A DNA stretch of 64,000 nt, taken from contig NC_042998.1 in assembly GCF_006345805.1 (NCBI RefSeq), positions 90,892,001 through 90,956,000 on the forward strand, written 5' to 3'. Made by a program: the position numbers and the translations under genes. Of the stretch, positions 1 through 21,125 are shown in pieces. Below the pieces are notes generated by a model. It made no database searches. It was not told the origin of the DNA and was given only the letters and a program-made list of their open reading frames with translations. The stretch is from Octopus sinensis (lineage: Eukaryota). Every line of letters starts with the position of its first letter. Within the stretch, counting starts at the first letter, position 1.

Positions 1-2087
1 TCCCCCTATCCCTTTGACTTTTGTGTGAAGTAGTAACTTAAGCAATTTATTTCTCTCTTGTATACATTGAGTTTTATTGATGCCATTACAATTTTTCTAC
101 AACTTTCCAGAAGAGATCCATGGAATTCAGTACAAACTTATTTTTCAGCAGTTCTTTCACATCTTAGTATCAGCTGTATCTTCCCTTAAGCTGTTAATTG
201 TAGCTGTTTGAACAAATTGGACTAACCTGCTATACAGTTCACACCTTCGTATTTTAAAAGATTTCGTTTTTGATACTTGATATTTATTGTTGATTTCAGT
301 TATTTTTAATCTTATATAATATTTAAAGCTTAATTATTATATTTCTGTTTTTTATGTATATATAGTACCTTTTACATTACCAAAGATGAATTTTCATTTT
401 CCTTGCATATGCTTTCTTTAGCAGTTATAGGTGGACACGTTTTTTTAATAATCCGTCCAGATGTTTTAAATAAGTAGATTTACTAGAGAAATTTTATACA
501 TCTGTATGCTTGGAATTAATCCATAGGGCCATTTTCTTGAAGTGTTTCAGTTGTTTCCCCACTTTACCCTAGATGACTTGTAAATTACTCTCATGCTAAA
601 ACCTATTTGTAAGTGTAACTGTGAACTCTAAGTATGTGTTGGCTAGTAGCAGGTAGAAAAAAGTTCACTGAGAGGGATAAATAACTTTAGCCTTGAGGAA
701 GAGGTCTAACGTTTCCAGTTCCGTCATCTGGGTCAAATGATGAAATTGTAATTGTGATCGATTATTAAGGACCAAAGTTCATATTCTTTTAATGGAATAG
801 AGAGTATTTTACATTGACATATTAATTTGCTTTGGGGTTGCTGTTTTTCTTACCAAATTAACTACTGCAGTTTTTCAACCAATTGTATCAAAATTCTTAT
901 TGAGACTAAATTGTTTTAAAATACAACTTATCACTGGTCTTAATTTTTAACTCTCCAAAACTAGTTTTGTTACAAAATAAGTATTTAGTTACTTTAATAT
1001 TAGATTAATTCCAAATATATTTCAAACATCAAAACATCTGACTCAGTGAGTAAATATCAAGAATTCCATAATCTCCTTATGAAGTAGAAAATTTTTATGC
1101 TTGAATTTTGTTTTGTATTTAATTGCTGTTATTTTGAATGTAAAGTAAATGTACTTCAAAATTTGTTTGACAATTTTAGTTTTTCTAATACTTATTAGAA
1201 ATTTATATTTCAATTCTTTTTTGGTTCCCATTGATATATCAATTCCTACTTATACTTAATAACCTTTCAAAATTGTTAGCGGTTTCCTTTCTTTGAAAGT
1301 CAAATTCAATAAAATCTAAATAGAAAATATTTCTCTGTTACTGTTGACATATTATAAACAATAATGAAGACATAGCTATAAGTATATGTATTTTAGCATT
1401 ACATTTGGAACTAATATATGCACACTATCTGGATCTCTGATTTTAATCTTGCAGTTTTGAATTACTAGCTTTAAGTACTGCAAATTGTAATCATTTATTT
1501 CACATTGATAGAATAGATTTTTAAAAAAAAGGTGCAGCTGTCCTTTGTGCAGAAAGTCTTCTTAATGGTCCAGAACACATAAATGCTTTTTGCGTTTTCA
1601 AAATGTTCTGCAGTATAATATATTTGAATTTTTCTATTATGAAAAATCAATTTATTTCTTAGCTTCATGTAAATTTTTTTTGAAAAATGAATATTTTCAA
1701 TGCACAATTTTCTCTCCAGACTTATTTTTCAGTATCATTTGTTTCTTTTGGTTATTTATAGTGTCAATAAACTTCTTCCAAACATTTGTATTTAATTTCT
1801 TGCATTTATATCACTTTTATTACAAATTCCTAATAGGTGTATTATATCAATGGAAGGATTTAGCCTTTCCCTTTCATCTATTAATAATTCATCTTTTTTA
1901 ACTTGGACTTCATCAAATATTGAAAAAACTCTGCACAGCAGCCTATGTTTACCAATATTTTGAATGGAATTCAGTAAATGGACACTTTATATCATATCTT
2001 GACAAAGGTAATAAATACTAGCAACAAAATGAAAGATTTACAAACTCCTTTGAAATATATAAAAAATAAAAGCGCCCTTTTAAAGCC

Positions 2088-2300
2088 TAGCCAGGCCCGG
2101 TTTCCATGTTATATGTGTTCCCCAGCTGGACAGGACACCAGTCCATCGCAGCGTTACTCATTTTTTGCCAGCTGAGTGGACTGGAGCAACGTGAAATGAA
2201 GTGTATTGCTCAAGAACATGTGTTGCCTGGTCCAGGAATTGAAACCACAATCTTACAATCATGGTACTGACACCCTAACCACTAAGCTATGCGCCTCCAC
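2088..2300 (-). mobile_element. tRNA-derived SINE (V-domain-like)
   Basis: Minus-strand head GGCGCATAGCTTAGTGGTTAGGG...TCAATTCC followed by TTGAGCAA..CACTTCATTTCACGTTGCTCCAGTCCACTCAGCTGG and GCGATGGACTGG..CCTGTCCAG. A related copy lies at 22930-23140. Confidence 0.75.
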
Positions 2301-2429
2301 TTTGAAACATATATTTCGTACCAAATACAATCCTACAGGGTGTTTCAGGCTAAATTTGAATTTGCATAAAAGGGAAAGAAAAGAATATCCCATCCAAAAA
2401 TAAAAGTATTTCAGACAGAAGATATGAAC

Positions 2430-2960
2430 TAGATTATGACTGGGAGATAGCAGTTTACTTTGAAATAGCTGCTCACAGCAGCCTCAAAGTGACTCTGTAA
2501 CCTGGCACATGTATTCTTGGGAATATTTTCAACATCTGGAGATCTTGACCACCATAACTCAGCCTTGGTAGAGCAGGCAGAATGGTTGGTGTCTTCCTCA
2601 ACCACACAGGAATCCATGGGATTACAATTGGGGGAAATAGGAGGCTAATGAAGTAGAAATTCTCCAACAACTATTTCTGATATTTTCCAGAGGTATGGTA
2701 AAGAGCCACATACTACCCCTCCATATATGGCCTTCCAGCAGCAACTATCTCCCACCATTCTCTAGCAACTTCACATAGCTATGTGAATTGAGCAAGCTCC
2801 TATTCAAGGATGTAACCTGACATCATCCTCACTTGAAATATACCTGCTGGCCATGGCTTCATAGTTTGTTGTAGCTGTCCAGGACACCTCTTACAAGCTT
2901 TTTAGTACTCATTGAGCAAGTCATGATGTTGGCATGAATCTTGATAGAAATAACTTTTGC
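2430..2960 (-). mobile_element. Degenerate Tc1/mariner (DD37D/maT-like) transposase remnant
   Basis: Broken frames read ...VAAGRPY... and PPISPNCNPMDSCVVEEDTNHSACSTKAEL, matching the better-preserved copy at 33560-34210. Confidence 0.65.
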
Positions 2961-4407
2961 AATATTCAGACTGCTTCTTGTCCTCTATGGCAGCTAACAT
3001 TTTCTCAACAACTTTAATCTTTATGCTTTCTAACACCGACTTTTCCTCAATACATCAAACCAATTCTGTAAACTGGAGACTAAAAATTATCGAATATGAT
3101 CCAAACATCCTGTAAAACCAATGTCCCAATTCACATTTGTTATAAAACAATTAAATGGTTAGTGATTAGATGCTTGCAGTACATCTCAGTGAAATTGTTT
3201 AACTATAAGTATCAGAAATGCTGTACTGAACCTACAACTTCGGACTAAAAAGTTAATTCCTGTTGCAAGCTTCACATTTTGTTTAACCCCCTTCTACTGC
3301 AAAAATCAGATATATCCTTTCAAAATTTCATTACCAAACTGTGGAAAGGAATTGTGATACCAATCTTTTGTTGAGGAATTCAGAATTGAAACTATTTTTT
3401 GTGGAGACATGTCAAGTTTGAGGAAATATAACTTGCAGAAAACACCAAATTTTTTCTTTTTGTAGATATTTACTGGAATAGCCACAAAACTTTGCTTTGA
3501 ATTTAAGGGGTTGTGTCTTCATGTCCAAATTCTACCTTAAAAAGGTTATTTGCAGACTACTCTTACATTTTCAATTAGATATTTTCAGTAGTCACATTGA
3601 AGAAAAAAATTTAACTACCTTCACACTGACATGATGATCTGAATTTTAAGAAAAATAAAACTTAATTTTACATTTTATTTATATACCTTCATTTACAATA
3701 GTGATTTCTGAATGTTTTAATAAAATACAGCAAAATCTGCAACTTATCTTCAAACTAAAGTCAGAAGAAATTGTGTAAGAATTATCCAAATCTCTGTTAA
3801 TCTGAGATTTAAGAAATTTCTTTCAAAATAAATAACAAGAAATCTGATTGTTTCAAGCTGAATATTTTTATTTTATTAAAAACAGCATCCAGATTAACCT
3901 CACCATGAAAAATTCTCCAGAACTTTAGCAAAAAAAATGAGATGATAAAAACAAAAGTTAGTTTTACCATCCCAATCTGATGGGATGTGCAGGGGGGAAA
4001 AAACTATCAATTTATAAAAATTATCTGAATAATAACTTTTTAAATGAGAAAATGGAAAACAATAAAATAGCTACTGCTTTTAAACTTTTAAAAAAATACT
4101 TCTAAAAATTTAAAATGCTAGCCTGAGATTGTTTTATTAAAATTACCAACAGGAAGCATGATTTACAAGGAAAATAAACCATGGTGGTGATAATCTGAAT
4201 GCAAAGACAAAAGGATCATTTTGAATCCAAATAGAATTGTACAATTAAATTGAAAAATGAACAAAATAAAAAGTTTAATGTTATAATACATAGGAATTGA
4301 TACATTTAAAAATGAAGGATGTTTATGGTTATTCCCATGTAATTTTAAAATGATTATCTCACAGACATGCACACTTCATCCACACAGCTTCAGAATCTGG
4401 TTGTTAT

Positions 4408-12232
<7,825 letters not shown>

Positions 12233-12522
12233 GGTACTTTCGGAAAGTTGACAATTCTGGAATAAATATATCAAAACATATGTATTTATTTACACGAAAA
12301 AAGAGATTCCGAAATGCAAGAATAAACTGATTACAAACTAGATAGATAATTTTTTAAAAAAACATTTAGGAGAGCTGCAAGAAAGCCGCAATGTTTACTA
12401 AAATGAACACGTATTACTAATATTGTTGCCAATCGTAGTGATATATTCATTTCGAACAGTTAACAAAAAAATTCCAAGTTAGACACCGAATACCCTGGTG
12501 ATTAATGCAAAAAAAAACTTAC

Positions 12523-13341
12523 TACGCTAACGAACTACTTGCTTAAAAAACATCGAAGGAAAATAATTCATTACAAGTATTAACTATTGCCGAGCCTTTT
12601 TCAGCTACAGCCATTCGAGCCGGCATGTGTGGAGAAGAAAGCAAGAGCAAACACAAACTATTGAGGAAACAAAGGCCTTTTATGGTGGGTAACTAAGGAG
12701 AAAACTTCGAATCCATTCGCTAATATTATTCTTTATTCATTTAAGACTACTGAATACAATTATCACGCAAGTTTATCAATATAATAGATTAATAAAAGGC
12801 GGACGAGAAGTAATTTAAAGAAGCCAAGAGTATAAAAATGGCGACGCATCGGCACATATTACAAAAAAAAAAAACGAACTTTCCATTAACTGTGAGAACA
12901 ATTTTAAACGAATATAAAATGCATATTTAAAATACTGCATTTTATTTTTCTTGAATATAAATTCCTTTTCGGAGTGGTATTGAAATGGTATGTTTAGTTA
13001 TATAAATGTAATCAAAATTAATGATAACTGATATGATATGGAAAAGGTCAATTGTACCGCGAAGACGTAAGATTAAAACGAAGAAATAAAATTATACATT
13101 CCCAAGAAAATATCTCAAAACTTAAATAAATGAGATAATCAATAATCTATTAAATGAAATTATGAACCTATTATTAAATATTATTAGGGATGCAAATGGA
13201 TGAAATAATGATTCTACTTACCAACAAAAATAGATAAAGATATTAGAGATTTTACAACTAAGTAATTGAGGTTTGAAACCTGCTCTGTAATTGGTTGGTA
13301 GGGTTTGCAATTTCAACCAATCAGCAAATGTTTTATTTCAG
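12523..13341. promoter_or_regulatory. Putative bidirectional promoter and 5'UTR region between DDX39B and BBLN
   Basis: The two ATGs diverge about 1.1 kb apart. Splice acceptors precede both ATGs (exon starts 12256 on minus, 13342 on plus), and candidate UTR-exon donors lie at 12523 (minus) and 13066 (plus). TATAAAA overlaps a YY1-type AAAATGGCG at 12831-12843; CCAAT-like boxes lie near 13290-13322; CpG is locally enriched. Confidence 0.55.
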
Positions 13342-13361
13342 ATTAACATGTGATCACTAAG

Positions 13362-13488
13362 ATGTCTTGCGGAGACGGAGAACCGTCTGATGCAGAAGAT
13401 ACGATGAAATCTCCTAAAAACGTCGAAGTTGTAATTGATCCTGAGGACATAGGAGACCTTGATGATATTGTGGACCATTGTAGCCAAG
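13362..13488 (+). CDS. BBLN: BBLN coding exon 1
   Basis: ATG at 13362, acidic N-terminus, CAAG|gtaaa donor. Confidence 0.8.
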
Positions 13489-16400
13489 GTAAAAAAAAAA
13501 AATTTTTTTCTTTTTTCAGTAAAAAGATGATTCAAAATAGTTTTGACACCTATCATCCAAGTTAACTTTAATGTTATAGAAGGGCGTGTATTTCCCAATT
13601 TAAGCTGTAATTTCGTGAAGATGTCTTTCTAAAATTAATTTCAGAACTTGTACTTGAATTTTTAAAAAGATTTCTACTCGCTGAAATATCATCTTTCATC
13701 AAGACAACTGGTCATTGCTCTAAAGAAGTAGAATATGGGTTTCGCTATTATTGTTGACAATTTGTGTTTGAATGGAAAAAAGATTGTCTAGAGAAGCTAT
13801 TTTAACATTCAAAACGTTTTAGAATTCACAGCTTTATAATTTTCTTGTCCTTAATTACTTTGTTTTTCGACAAATGGACGTTTTTCAGTCGAAATAAGCG
13901 AAACTAAGTATTTCCACAAAAAGTATACAAGAAGCCTAAGGAGAGAAGGCCACTAGCATTTTGCAAGTACAAATTCGGAAGACGTTAAGAAATTTTTCCT
14001 TAAATAAGTCCAAACGCACTTCTCAATATTATAGCGTATAAAATTGCTTGTGGATCAATATTGTTGTTTAACCCCAAGTCGGACTTAATTGAACAGGTTA
14101 TTACCAAGTAATATTCCAGCCTTCACTATTCTAACTTGTTCAATGTATCTAGGACTTCACTCTCCAATGTGTCCTTTCCTTTTTCGAAGATGGCAGGGAG
14201 TAGTTTTTAGCTATTTTAACTATTCAAGTAACCACGTAGAGGTCCCCAGAGTATGATTTGGAGTGTGAGTACAACGAACATCCACCGAAAACAACTTCTT
14301 GTGTTAGTTGGGTCTTAACTTGAGATATGATACTTTTGAATGCACACGTATGAATATCAGGTAGGATTCTTGGGGTGTTCTGGACCTGATGTAGCCAGTG
14401 GATTCCTACCCCTCACTGCAGCTGGGCTAGCCAACTTACCGCCTCATGTTTTAGTTTGTATTTTGTTAAAAAAATTTGTATATATTTATCCTGTACTGAC
14501 TTCAATTTGTATTTTTTGATATGTTCATTGTATAACATCCTGAGGTCTCCTTTCATTTTCATATCTTGTTTTGTCCATCAAATGATTGTAATCCCTGTGT
14601 TTATAATTCCCTGTTGTATGTAGAAATTGGTCCTTGGTGGCCAATAAATGAAACAATTTTATTGACGGCAGAATCAGTAGGAAGAACATCATGCTTGTGA
14701 TATTTAGCTAAATTCTTTTTAACTCCGAGTTCAAATCCTGTCTGAGTTGATTTCCAGGGATCAAAGTAAAATACTGTAGTTGATATACTTTACCCTATCC
14801 CAAAATTTGAGTCCCTGTTACAATTAATCATAATTATTATTTAGATAAACGAGGGAAGTTTCTATGGCCTTAAGAGGCCTCACAAGTGAGGTCGAACTTC
14901 TGGCATTGACACCAGCAGGAAAAACATAGCTTGGAAACAAATAACGTGTCACAATATGGTCGCTTGACTTTCTAGTATTTTCCGGTCCTAAAGAGAATGC
15001 TTATTTGAAATGCAATTTTGGCAATGTTTATATGCAAGTTGACATTAGATATCAGAAATTTAAAATTTAGTACTTGTGAATTTATGGGCTTTAATTGTTT
15101 TCTGTTCATATACAATGAACAAAACAGCCTTGCACTACAAAATGTAGTGCAAGACTGTTTAGTTAACATATATTATTGGGTCATAATATTGATAAAAGAA
15201 ACTGAATTGTAATTTATCCATTGGGCAATGTTTAAAATAACTGATCATTGACATACAAGCTCAAATCTTTCTTTTAGATCTAGTTACACAGAAGTTGTAT
15301 TGTTTGTTACTAATGAAGGAGAGAAACTCAAGCTGACAAAGGAAGTAGTTTACAGCTGTCTCCTTCACGGTTTAGATTTTGAAAATGAGGACTTATGGAC
15401 AGTTGTTTTCAGGATCAGAACGGCTACTTTTGTTGGGGATATGAGAACTGTTGTGTCTCATATCCATTGTTTGGCTTAGATCACTGGAGAGAAAGATTAA
15501 AGAGTTTGATGAAGATAATAAAGTAAGCACTATCAAGGTTAGTCACCTTGTGAAATAGGTTCAGTTAGATAAAGTTTTTGCTCTTGGTAACTATGGTTGT
15601 AAGACAGATAAAATGGAGGAGAGTTATTTGCATGTTTGAAGCAAATGTAGTGGCTACTGGTCCACAACATGCAGTATTACCTCTGTAGGTTGAAGAATTC
15701 TAGAAAGTTTTATGACCTCTGTACCTTGACGGAATGCCCTGGCAGTTGCCACCATCTATCTCTCTTCCTTTATTCTACCATCCCATCTGTGTTCTGATCC
15801 CTGTTCCTTGTGAGTTTGCCATCATCTCTTTCCTGCTCTCTCTTGTACTCTTGCTGTCTTCCACTTTCTCTTTCTTCTTCTTGCTGGGTAACCATGTATC
15901 TCCTTTACAGCAGCACACCTGTTACTGTCCTCATTCTTGATCACTCTGTCTCTCTCTGGCCAGGTAACCATGTACCTCATCTATAGCAAGACACCTGTTT
16001 CTGTCTCTGTTACACTCTAACCTTTTGTCATCTGACACATGTTCACCTCCTCCAATGCCCCCTCCCCTCTCAAAGGTTCTTGTACTTCCTCTGCAACAAG
16101 ATGCCTGCTTCTGTCTGTCTGTGTCTCTCTCTTTCTCTGTGACACTCTAACCTCTCATCATCTAACACAAGATCACCTCTTCCAATGCCCCCTCCGCTCT
16201 CAAAGGTTCTTTGTCTTGCAAGTTACTTGGTGCCACATAAAAAGTGTCCACACTAAAGTGGTTAGTGTTTGGAAGGGCATCCAGCTATAAAACCATGCTA
16301 AAACTGACCTTGCCTTTGCTGGTGCCATGTAAAAAGCACTTGGTCCCCTCTGTGGGGTGGTTGGTGTTAGGAAGGGCATCCAGTCATAAAAACCGTGCCA

Positions 16401-17209
16401 AAACAGACACAGAAGATAAGTGCTGTCGTCTGCCCGGCCAGTGCCTGTCAAACCGTCCAACCCATGCCAGCATGGAAGGCAGATATTAAATGATGATCAT
16501 GCTAGAAAAATAGATGGGACTTCATATCCAAACTGTTTAACTGCACTGATAGTAAAATGATAATAATAATAGTAATAATTTCAAATTTTGGCACAAGGCC
16601 AGCATTTTGGGGATAAATCAATTGCATCAATCCCAGTGTTTCACTGGTACTTAATTTATCAATACCGAAAGGATGAAATGCAAAGTCAACCTTGGTGTAA
16701 TTTAAACTCAGAACATAGCGAGAGGCAAAATACTGCTAAGCACTTCACCTGGCATACTAACGATGCTGCCAGCAATTATAGGGGTGGGGGTAAGTCAATT
16801 ATATCAACTCCAGTGTTCAACTGGTACTTACTTTATTGACCCTGAAAGGATGAAAGACAAAGTCAACCCCAGCAACATTTGAACTCAGAATGTAGCAATA
16901 TTTTTTACTTATTAACAGAGATATATCTACCTGATCACTAAAACTGGTCTATAATCTTTTATGCTACTTTAGCTTTTAAAGAATGATTTATGTTTATATT
17001 TTTCTAATCTCCAGAAATTTATATTTTCAGAATATGTATCCCTAAATAATACTCTGGACCAGCTGGATACATGTCTGGCGACCTTGGAAGAGCAGAGTGA
17101 TGGACTGTATGCTCGGCTTAAGGATCTACTTGCCTCTACAAAGGATATTCGCCAAGAGCTACAAATGCAGAATAACAGTGGCAATAGTTCTGACCAGCCT
17201 GAACATTGA
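13362..17209 (+). CDS. BBLN: Bublin coiled-coil protein (UPF0184/C9orf16) homologue, 101 aa, exons 13362-13488 and 17031-17209
   Basis: Exon 1 is MSCGDGEPSDAEDTMKSPKNVEVVIDPEDIGDLDDIVDHCSQ with a phase-1 donor GTAAA. Exon 2 is EYVSLNNTLDQLDTCLATLEEQSDGLYARLKDLLASTKDIRQELQMQNNSGNSSDQPEH*. This matches the recalled human C9orf16 core EYAAINSMLDQINSCLDHLEEKNDHLHARLQELLESNRQTR. AATAAA at 17742. Confidence 0.88.
16215..16500 (+). mobile_element. SINE 3' half (GTTAGGAAGGGCATCCAG core, duplicated) with (GAT)n tail
   Basis: Two GGAAGGGCATCCAG cores (about 16271 and 16371), then ccaacccatgccagcatgg...ttaaatgatgat. Confidence 0.75.
16580..16890 (+). repeat. Two tandem copies of an interspersed repeat (GGATGAAAGGCAAAGTCAACC family)
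   Basis: The same unit occurs twice here, twice at 22470-22870, and again at 29920-30290 and 38290-38400. Confidence 0.7.
17031..17209 (+). CDS. BBLN: BBLN coding exon 2 (coiled coil)
   Basis: ttttcag acceptor; heptad pattern of Leu residues; TGA at 17207-17209. Confidence 0.9.
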
Positions 17210-18189
17210 TTATGAAACAAAGCATTTTCATGTTGACGAATATTCCAAAACCTAATTCTGGCTTTGTAGATTGGATGTATTATTTACATGTTACTAATAT
17301 TGTATTGAAAGACAATAGAGTTTAATCAAAAAGACCTTGTGTAATCAGTCTTTCTCCATTTACATTCCAGTCTAGTATATTCAAGATGATAGCATCGTAC
17401 TGATTCTTTGTGTAGAATATTTACTTAGTGAATTGTTTGATCACCAAAGTATCTGGTATGTAATTAGCTACAAGACTGTTGGTATTTATTTTTTCCTTCC
17501 TATTATTCTTATACAAAATATTAATACAATGTATATATTGACTGTTGTACAAGTCACTGAATGATATTTTGAAGATTGGTCCCTTAATCAATTTGAAAGA
17601 AATTGAATTAGATTTAAATATTTTTATCTAAATTAGATGTAAACAATTTTCTGATACAGTGTATTGTATTTCCCTTCCTTGTTATTTTTTTTGTTACTGT
17701 GGCAAGTAGTGGCCATTTGTGATACTTGGAAGTTGTGACTGAATAAAAATAGTTTTATTTATACCCTTTATCTTATTAGTGAATGTATGAACATTAAAAC
17801 ACCTCATTTATCTTATAACTTCAGAGTTCTCTACTAGCATAACAAATGATACTGTAGGTTCCTGTTTTCTTTCTTTTCAGTCTGAGATTCCATATAAATA
17901 ATACTACTGTTACAATAGGTTCTGTGATGTAATTTATAAGATCTTTATGAGCTAAGTCTTTGACCTTATTCTAACTCTCAGAACCATTTTTCTATTGCTC
18001 TTTAGGAAAACCTGAATGTCACATCTTTTTTTTTATCTCCTTCTCTTATAAGTCTAAGTCTTCAAGTTTAAATAAGTATATTGTTATTATTATTTAATCA
18101 GCTGTCCTCTTCTTGCAGGTTTAAAATCAATTTTACCTTTATTTTAAACTTGGGTTACTAGAAGCATTCAGCAGAGATTGAGGAGTTAA

Positions 18190-18530
18190 ATTTCTTATTT
18201 ATGAATTAGTAGCTCTTGTCAAGTCTGGAGAAAGGGACATGGCTCATGACCTTTACAGGCCCTCTGAAACTGGTGGCCTTCATGTTGTCAATCTTCCATT
18301 TAAACTGTTGCAGGGAGAAGATTCTGGAGTATTGATATTCAGAAGAGAAAGAACTGGGTATAATGGTTAGTGAGGGATTAAGGGAGTTGGATGCATCAAG
18401 AGTGATAAGAGATGAATGGGCCATGAGTGATGGAGATGCACGACCAAGCAGATCTGAGGAAGAGCGGCCATTATAGTAGTGATTGAAAACATAAAGAGGA
18501 GACAGCATGTCTTTGGGCAAGAGTCTGGAG
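18190..18530 (-). mobile_element. Degenerate 3' end of a CR1/L2-like LINE ORF2
   Basis: LSPLYVFNHYYNGRSSSDL... and ...FSLQQFKWKI resemble the SLFYRYYxGRCSSEL and FKxRIN C-terminal motifs of CR1-group reverse transcriptases. Confidence 0.45.
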
Positions 18531-20804
18531 TGTGTTTTTTTTGTTTTTGTTTTTTCTAAACAAAATATTACATATCTGAACTATCTCTTTGAAATCTTTT
18601 GTTCAAATTAATTTCAGTAAATTAGTATCATTTGTATATAAAATTTTCCTCAGGTGATATGAAGTCTGTATATTTATTGATGTAAATTAAATTATCTTCA
18701 TTACTAGATTAAATTATTCTGAAAAATTGTATAGTATCTTACTCATAATGAAAATGCTTGTAAATTTATTGTACTTCAAGACAAGATGTTTTTAATTTCG
18801 TTAGATTCTGAAACTTTATTGAACTCCATGAAATTTTCATTAAAGTTTCAAAGTTTAATGAATGTTTTCTTAAAGAACACTTCATTTCAAAGAATCTTTA
18901 TTGCTGTATCTTTTTAAAAGAAAATCTGTAAAACTTTCTTGAACAGTGTTTATAACTACATGAAAACCTTGTGTTGAGAGACATTGAACTAATTACTACC
19001 ATCAGCTGAAAAAATTATAAGATTTGAAGAATGTCCACTTAAAGATAATGAAAATGTGAAGTGTTATTGTTGAACTTTACAATTTGGAACGTTTTGTCAG
19101 GCTTTAAATAAGTTTATTTAATGGTGGGAGAAGACCACTAAAAATATCAATTTAGGAATTATGGATTGAAATGCCTTTATTGTGCCTGTAGAAAATTTTA
19201 CATCAAATGCAAGTATGGCTAGATGTCATCAGTCTAATCTGATTGCATATGTTTTCTAGGAAGAATATACAAATTTTCAATTCAAATTTAAAGAATATAT
19301 TGTAATATTTTTCTCTTTAATATAAATTTTTCTTTCTGGATAGTATTATGTCAATAACCAAATCATAAATATATAAAACTTCGACAGTTAATGATATGCA
19401 ATATTATCAACAAGTAAAATGAATGTATTTAATAATGTATGTGTGTGTTAAATGGTTGTCATGACTCTTCTCCTATGTATTTGTTTACACAATCTCAGAT
19501 CATCACTTACCATGCAAATACAAATGTTATATATAATTCTTATTAATCAATGTTATATTAGAACCTTAATTTTTCTAACTATTAATATTCCAAGCAAAGA
19601 TATTAGGAATAAATTTGTTATATATGAAGTAAAAGGAAATTAAACTCTTTTATTCTTGTACTTTTTCAAAATACACTTTTTTTCTGGCTGCTTCTTTGGG
19701 GTTTAGGTAGAAGTCACTTGATTGCTGAAAATCTGAGACCTTTCAAAACAAAAGTGAAATAATAACAGAGTTCCTGTTTGAAATATTCTGAGTGTTATAT
19801 ATACATTATTGCTAGAGAGAGGAAAGAAATTCTCTTGCTAGTGTAATCAAGATTAACTTCATTTAGAAGATTTACGCCATAAGATACTTTATGTACAATT
19901 AATAAATTATGAAAAGAAAGATTGTCAAATAGGGATGGGTAGATAATGGGGCATCAACAATAGAGAAACCTGTATACAGAGATGTTTACAATTTTTAAAA
20001 TATCAAAACCTTCATAGATATTAGTGATTTGGTAATAAAGCTGAGAAGAAAAATCCAGCAACATTTGGATCATTCAGTATATTTAAATAAGTATACGATA
20101 AATGCATATTACTTAAAAAGCAAGACCAAGATTAGATTTAAATTAATGTTAACCTTAATTCATTCAGAAGTGTTCTTACTTTCAGGTTATAGAAGTTGGT
20201 CAAATGAAGAAAGCATCTTATAAACTGAACTAAGATATTTAAAGTTTTCTTTAGTATAATTATTGAGGGTTACAGATGGAGAAATTTGACACCCTAATGA
20301 AAGGGTCATTGATTTGTATATCCTATATAACTGTTATATCAGGTCAGGTATAGGGGCATACACTATTGCAGCACGTTGCTGCATTCACCATTTGCCAGTA
20401 TGTTCCCGGGTCCTTCCTGGGCAACCCTTTTAGCAGAGTCCTAGTCAGTCCCCATCTCTACATGATAACCCCTGCCATGACCATGTGGTATGTGATCAAC
20501 TAGCATAAGCCATCAACCCAACCAGATCTTTAGAGAAAAGAACATGATAAGCAGGGTCTAACCCTGAAAATCAAAGAACATTGCCAAACAGTCTAAGCTG
20601 GCACTCCTGAATCATACAGCTAACAGAACTCTCAATGACTTGATCTACATAACATGAAATAAATGCGAAGGAGATAGCACTGTAAAATTGACAGATGCCT
20701 GATTAGCTTGCACTACTCAGCTCAACTCCTATCCTGAGCATAAACAGAAAAGTAGGGTACCACATGTATGATGAGTTAACCAATAAGGATTGCATGAAAA
20801 GTCA

Positions 20805-21125
20805 ATAGGCACAGGTGTGGTAAGAAGCTTGCTTCCCAACTACATGATTCTGGGTTCAGTCCCACTGTGTGACACCTTACACAAGTGTCAACTATTATAG
20901 TCTTGGGCTAACCAAAGCCTTGTGAGTGGATTTGGTAGAGAGAAACTGGAAGAAGCCTGTTGTGACAACTGGTATTAGTGTGTTTATTTAGTTGTTCAGC
21001 AAAAGAGACTGATAGAATAAGTACTAGGCTTCAAAAAATAGCCCTGGGATGGATTTGTTCAACTACAAACTCTTCGAGGTGGTGCTCCAGTATGGCCACA
21101 GTCAAATGACTGAAACAAGTAAAAG
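20805..21125 (+). mobile_element. tRNA-derived SINE
   Basis: tRNA-like head (GTGTGGTAAGAAGCTTGCTTCCCAAC...GGTTCAGTCCC) then AAAGCCTTGTGAGTGGATTTGGTAGA. Relatives at 24990-25330, 58360-58510 and 58925-59270. Confidence 0.75.

Noticed and set aside
1590-1901. 103-aa hydrophobic ORF and similar F/I/L-rich ORFs (48700-48999, 43382-43783, 56140-56680)
   Set aside because: These reflect AT-rich or CT-rich low-complexity sequence, or antisense frames of transposons; none has exon context or a known motif.
15730-16200. Pyrimidine-rich tracts here and at 24500-24800, 30990-31330, 56200-56700 and 57050-57390
   Set aside because: Low-complexity or decayed repeat flanks next to SINEs; no structure beyond compositional bias could be supported.
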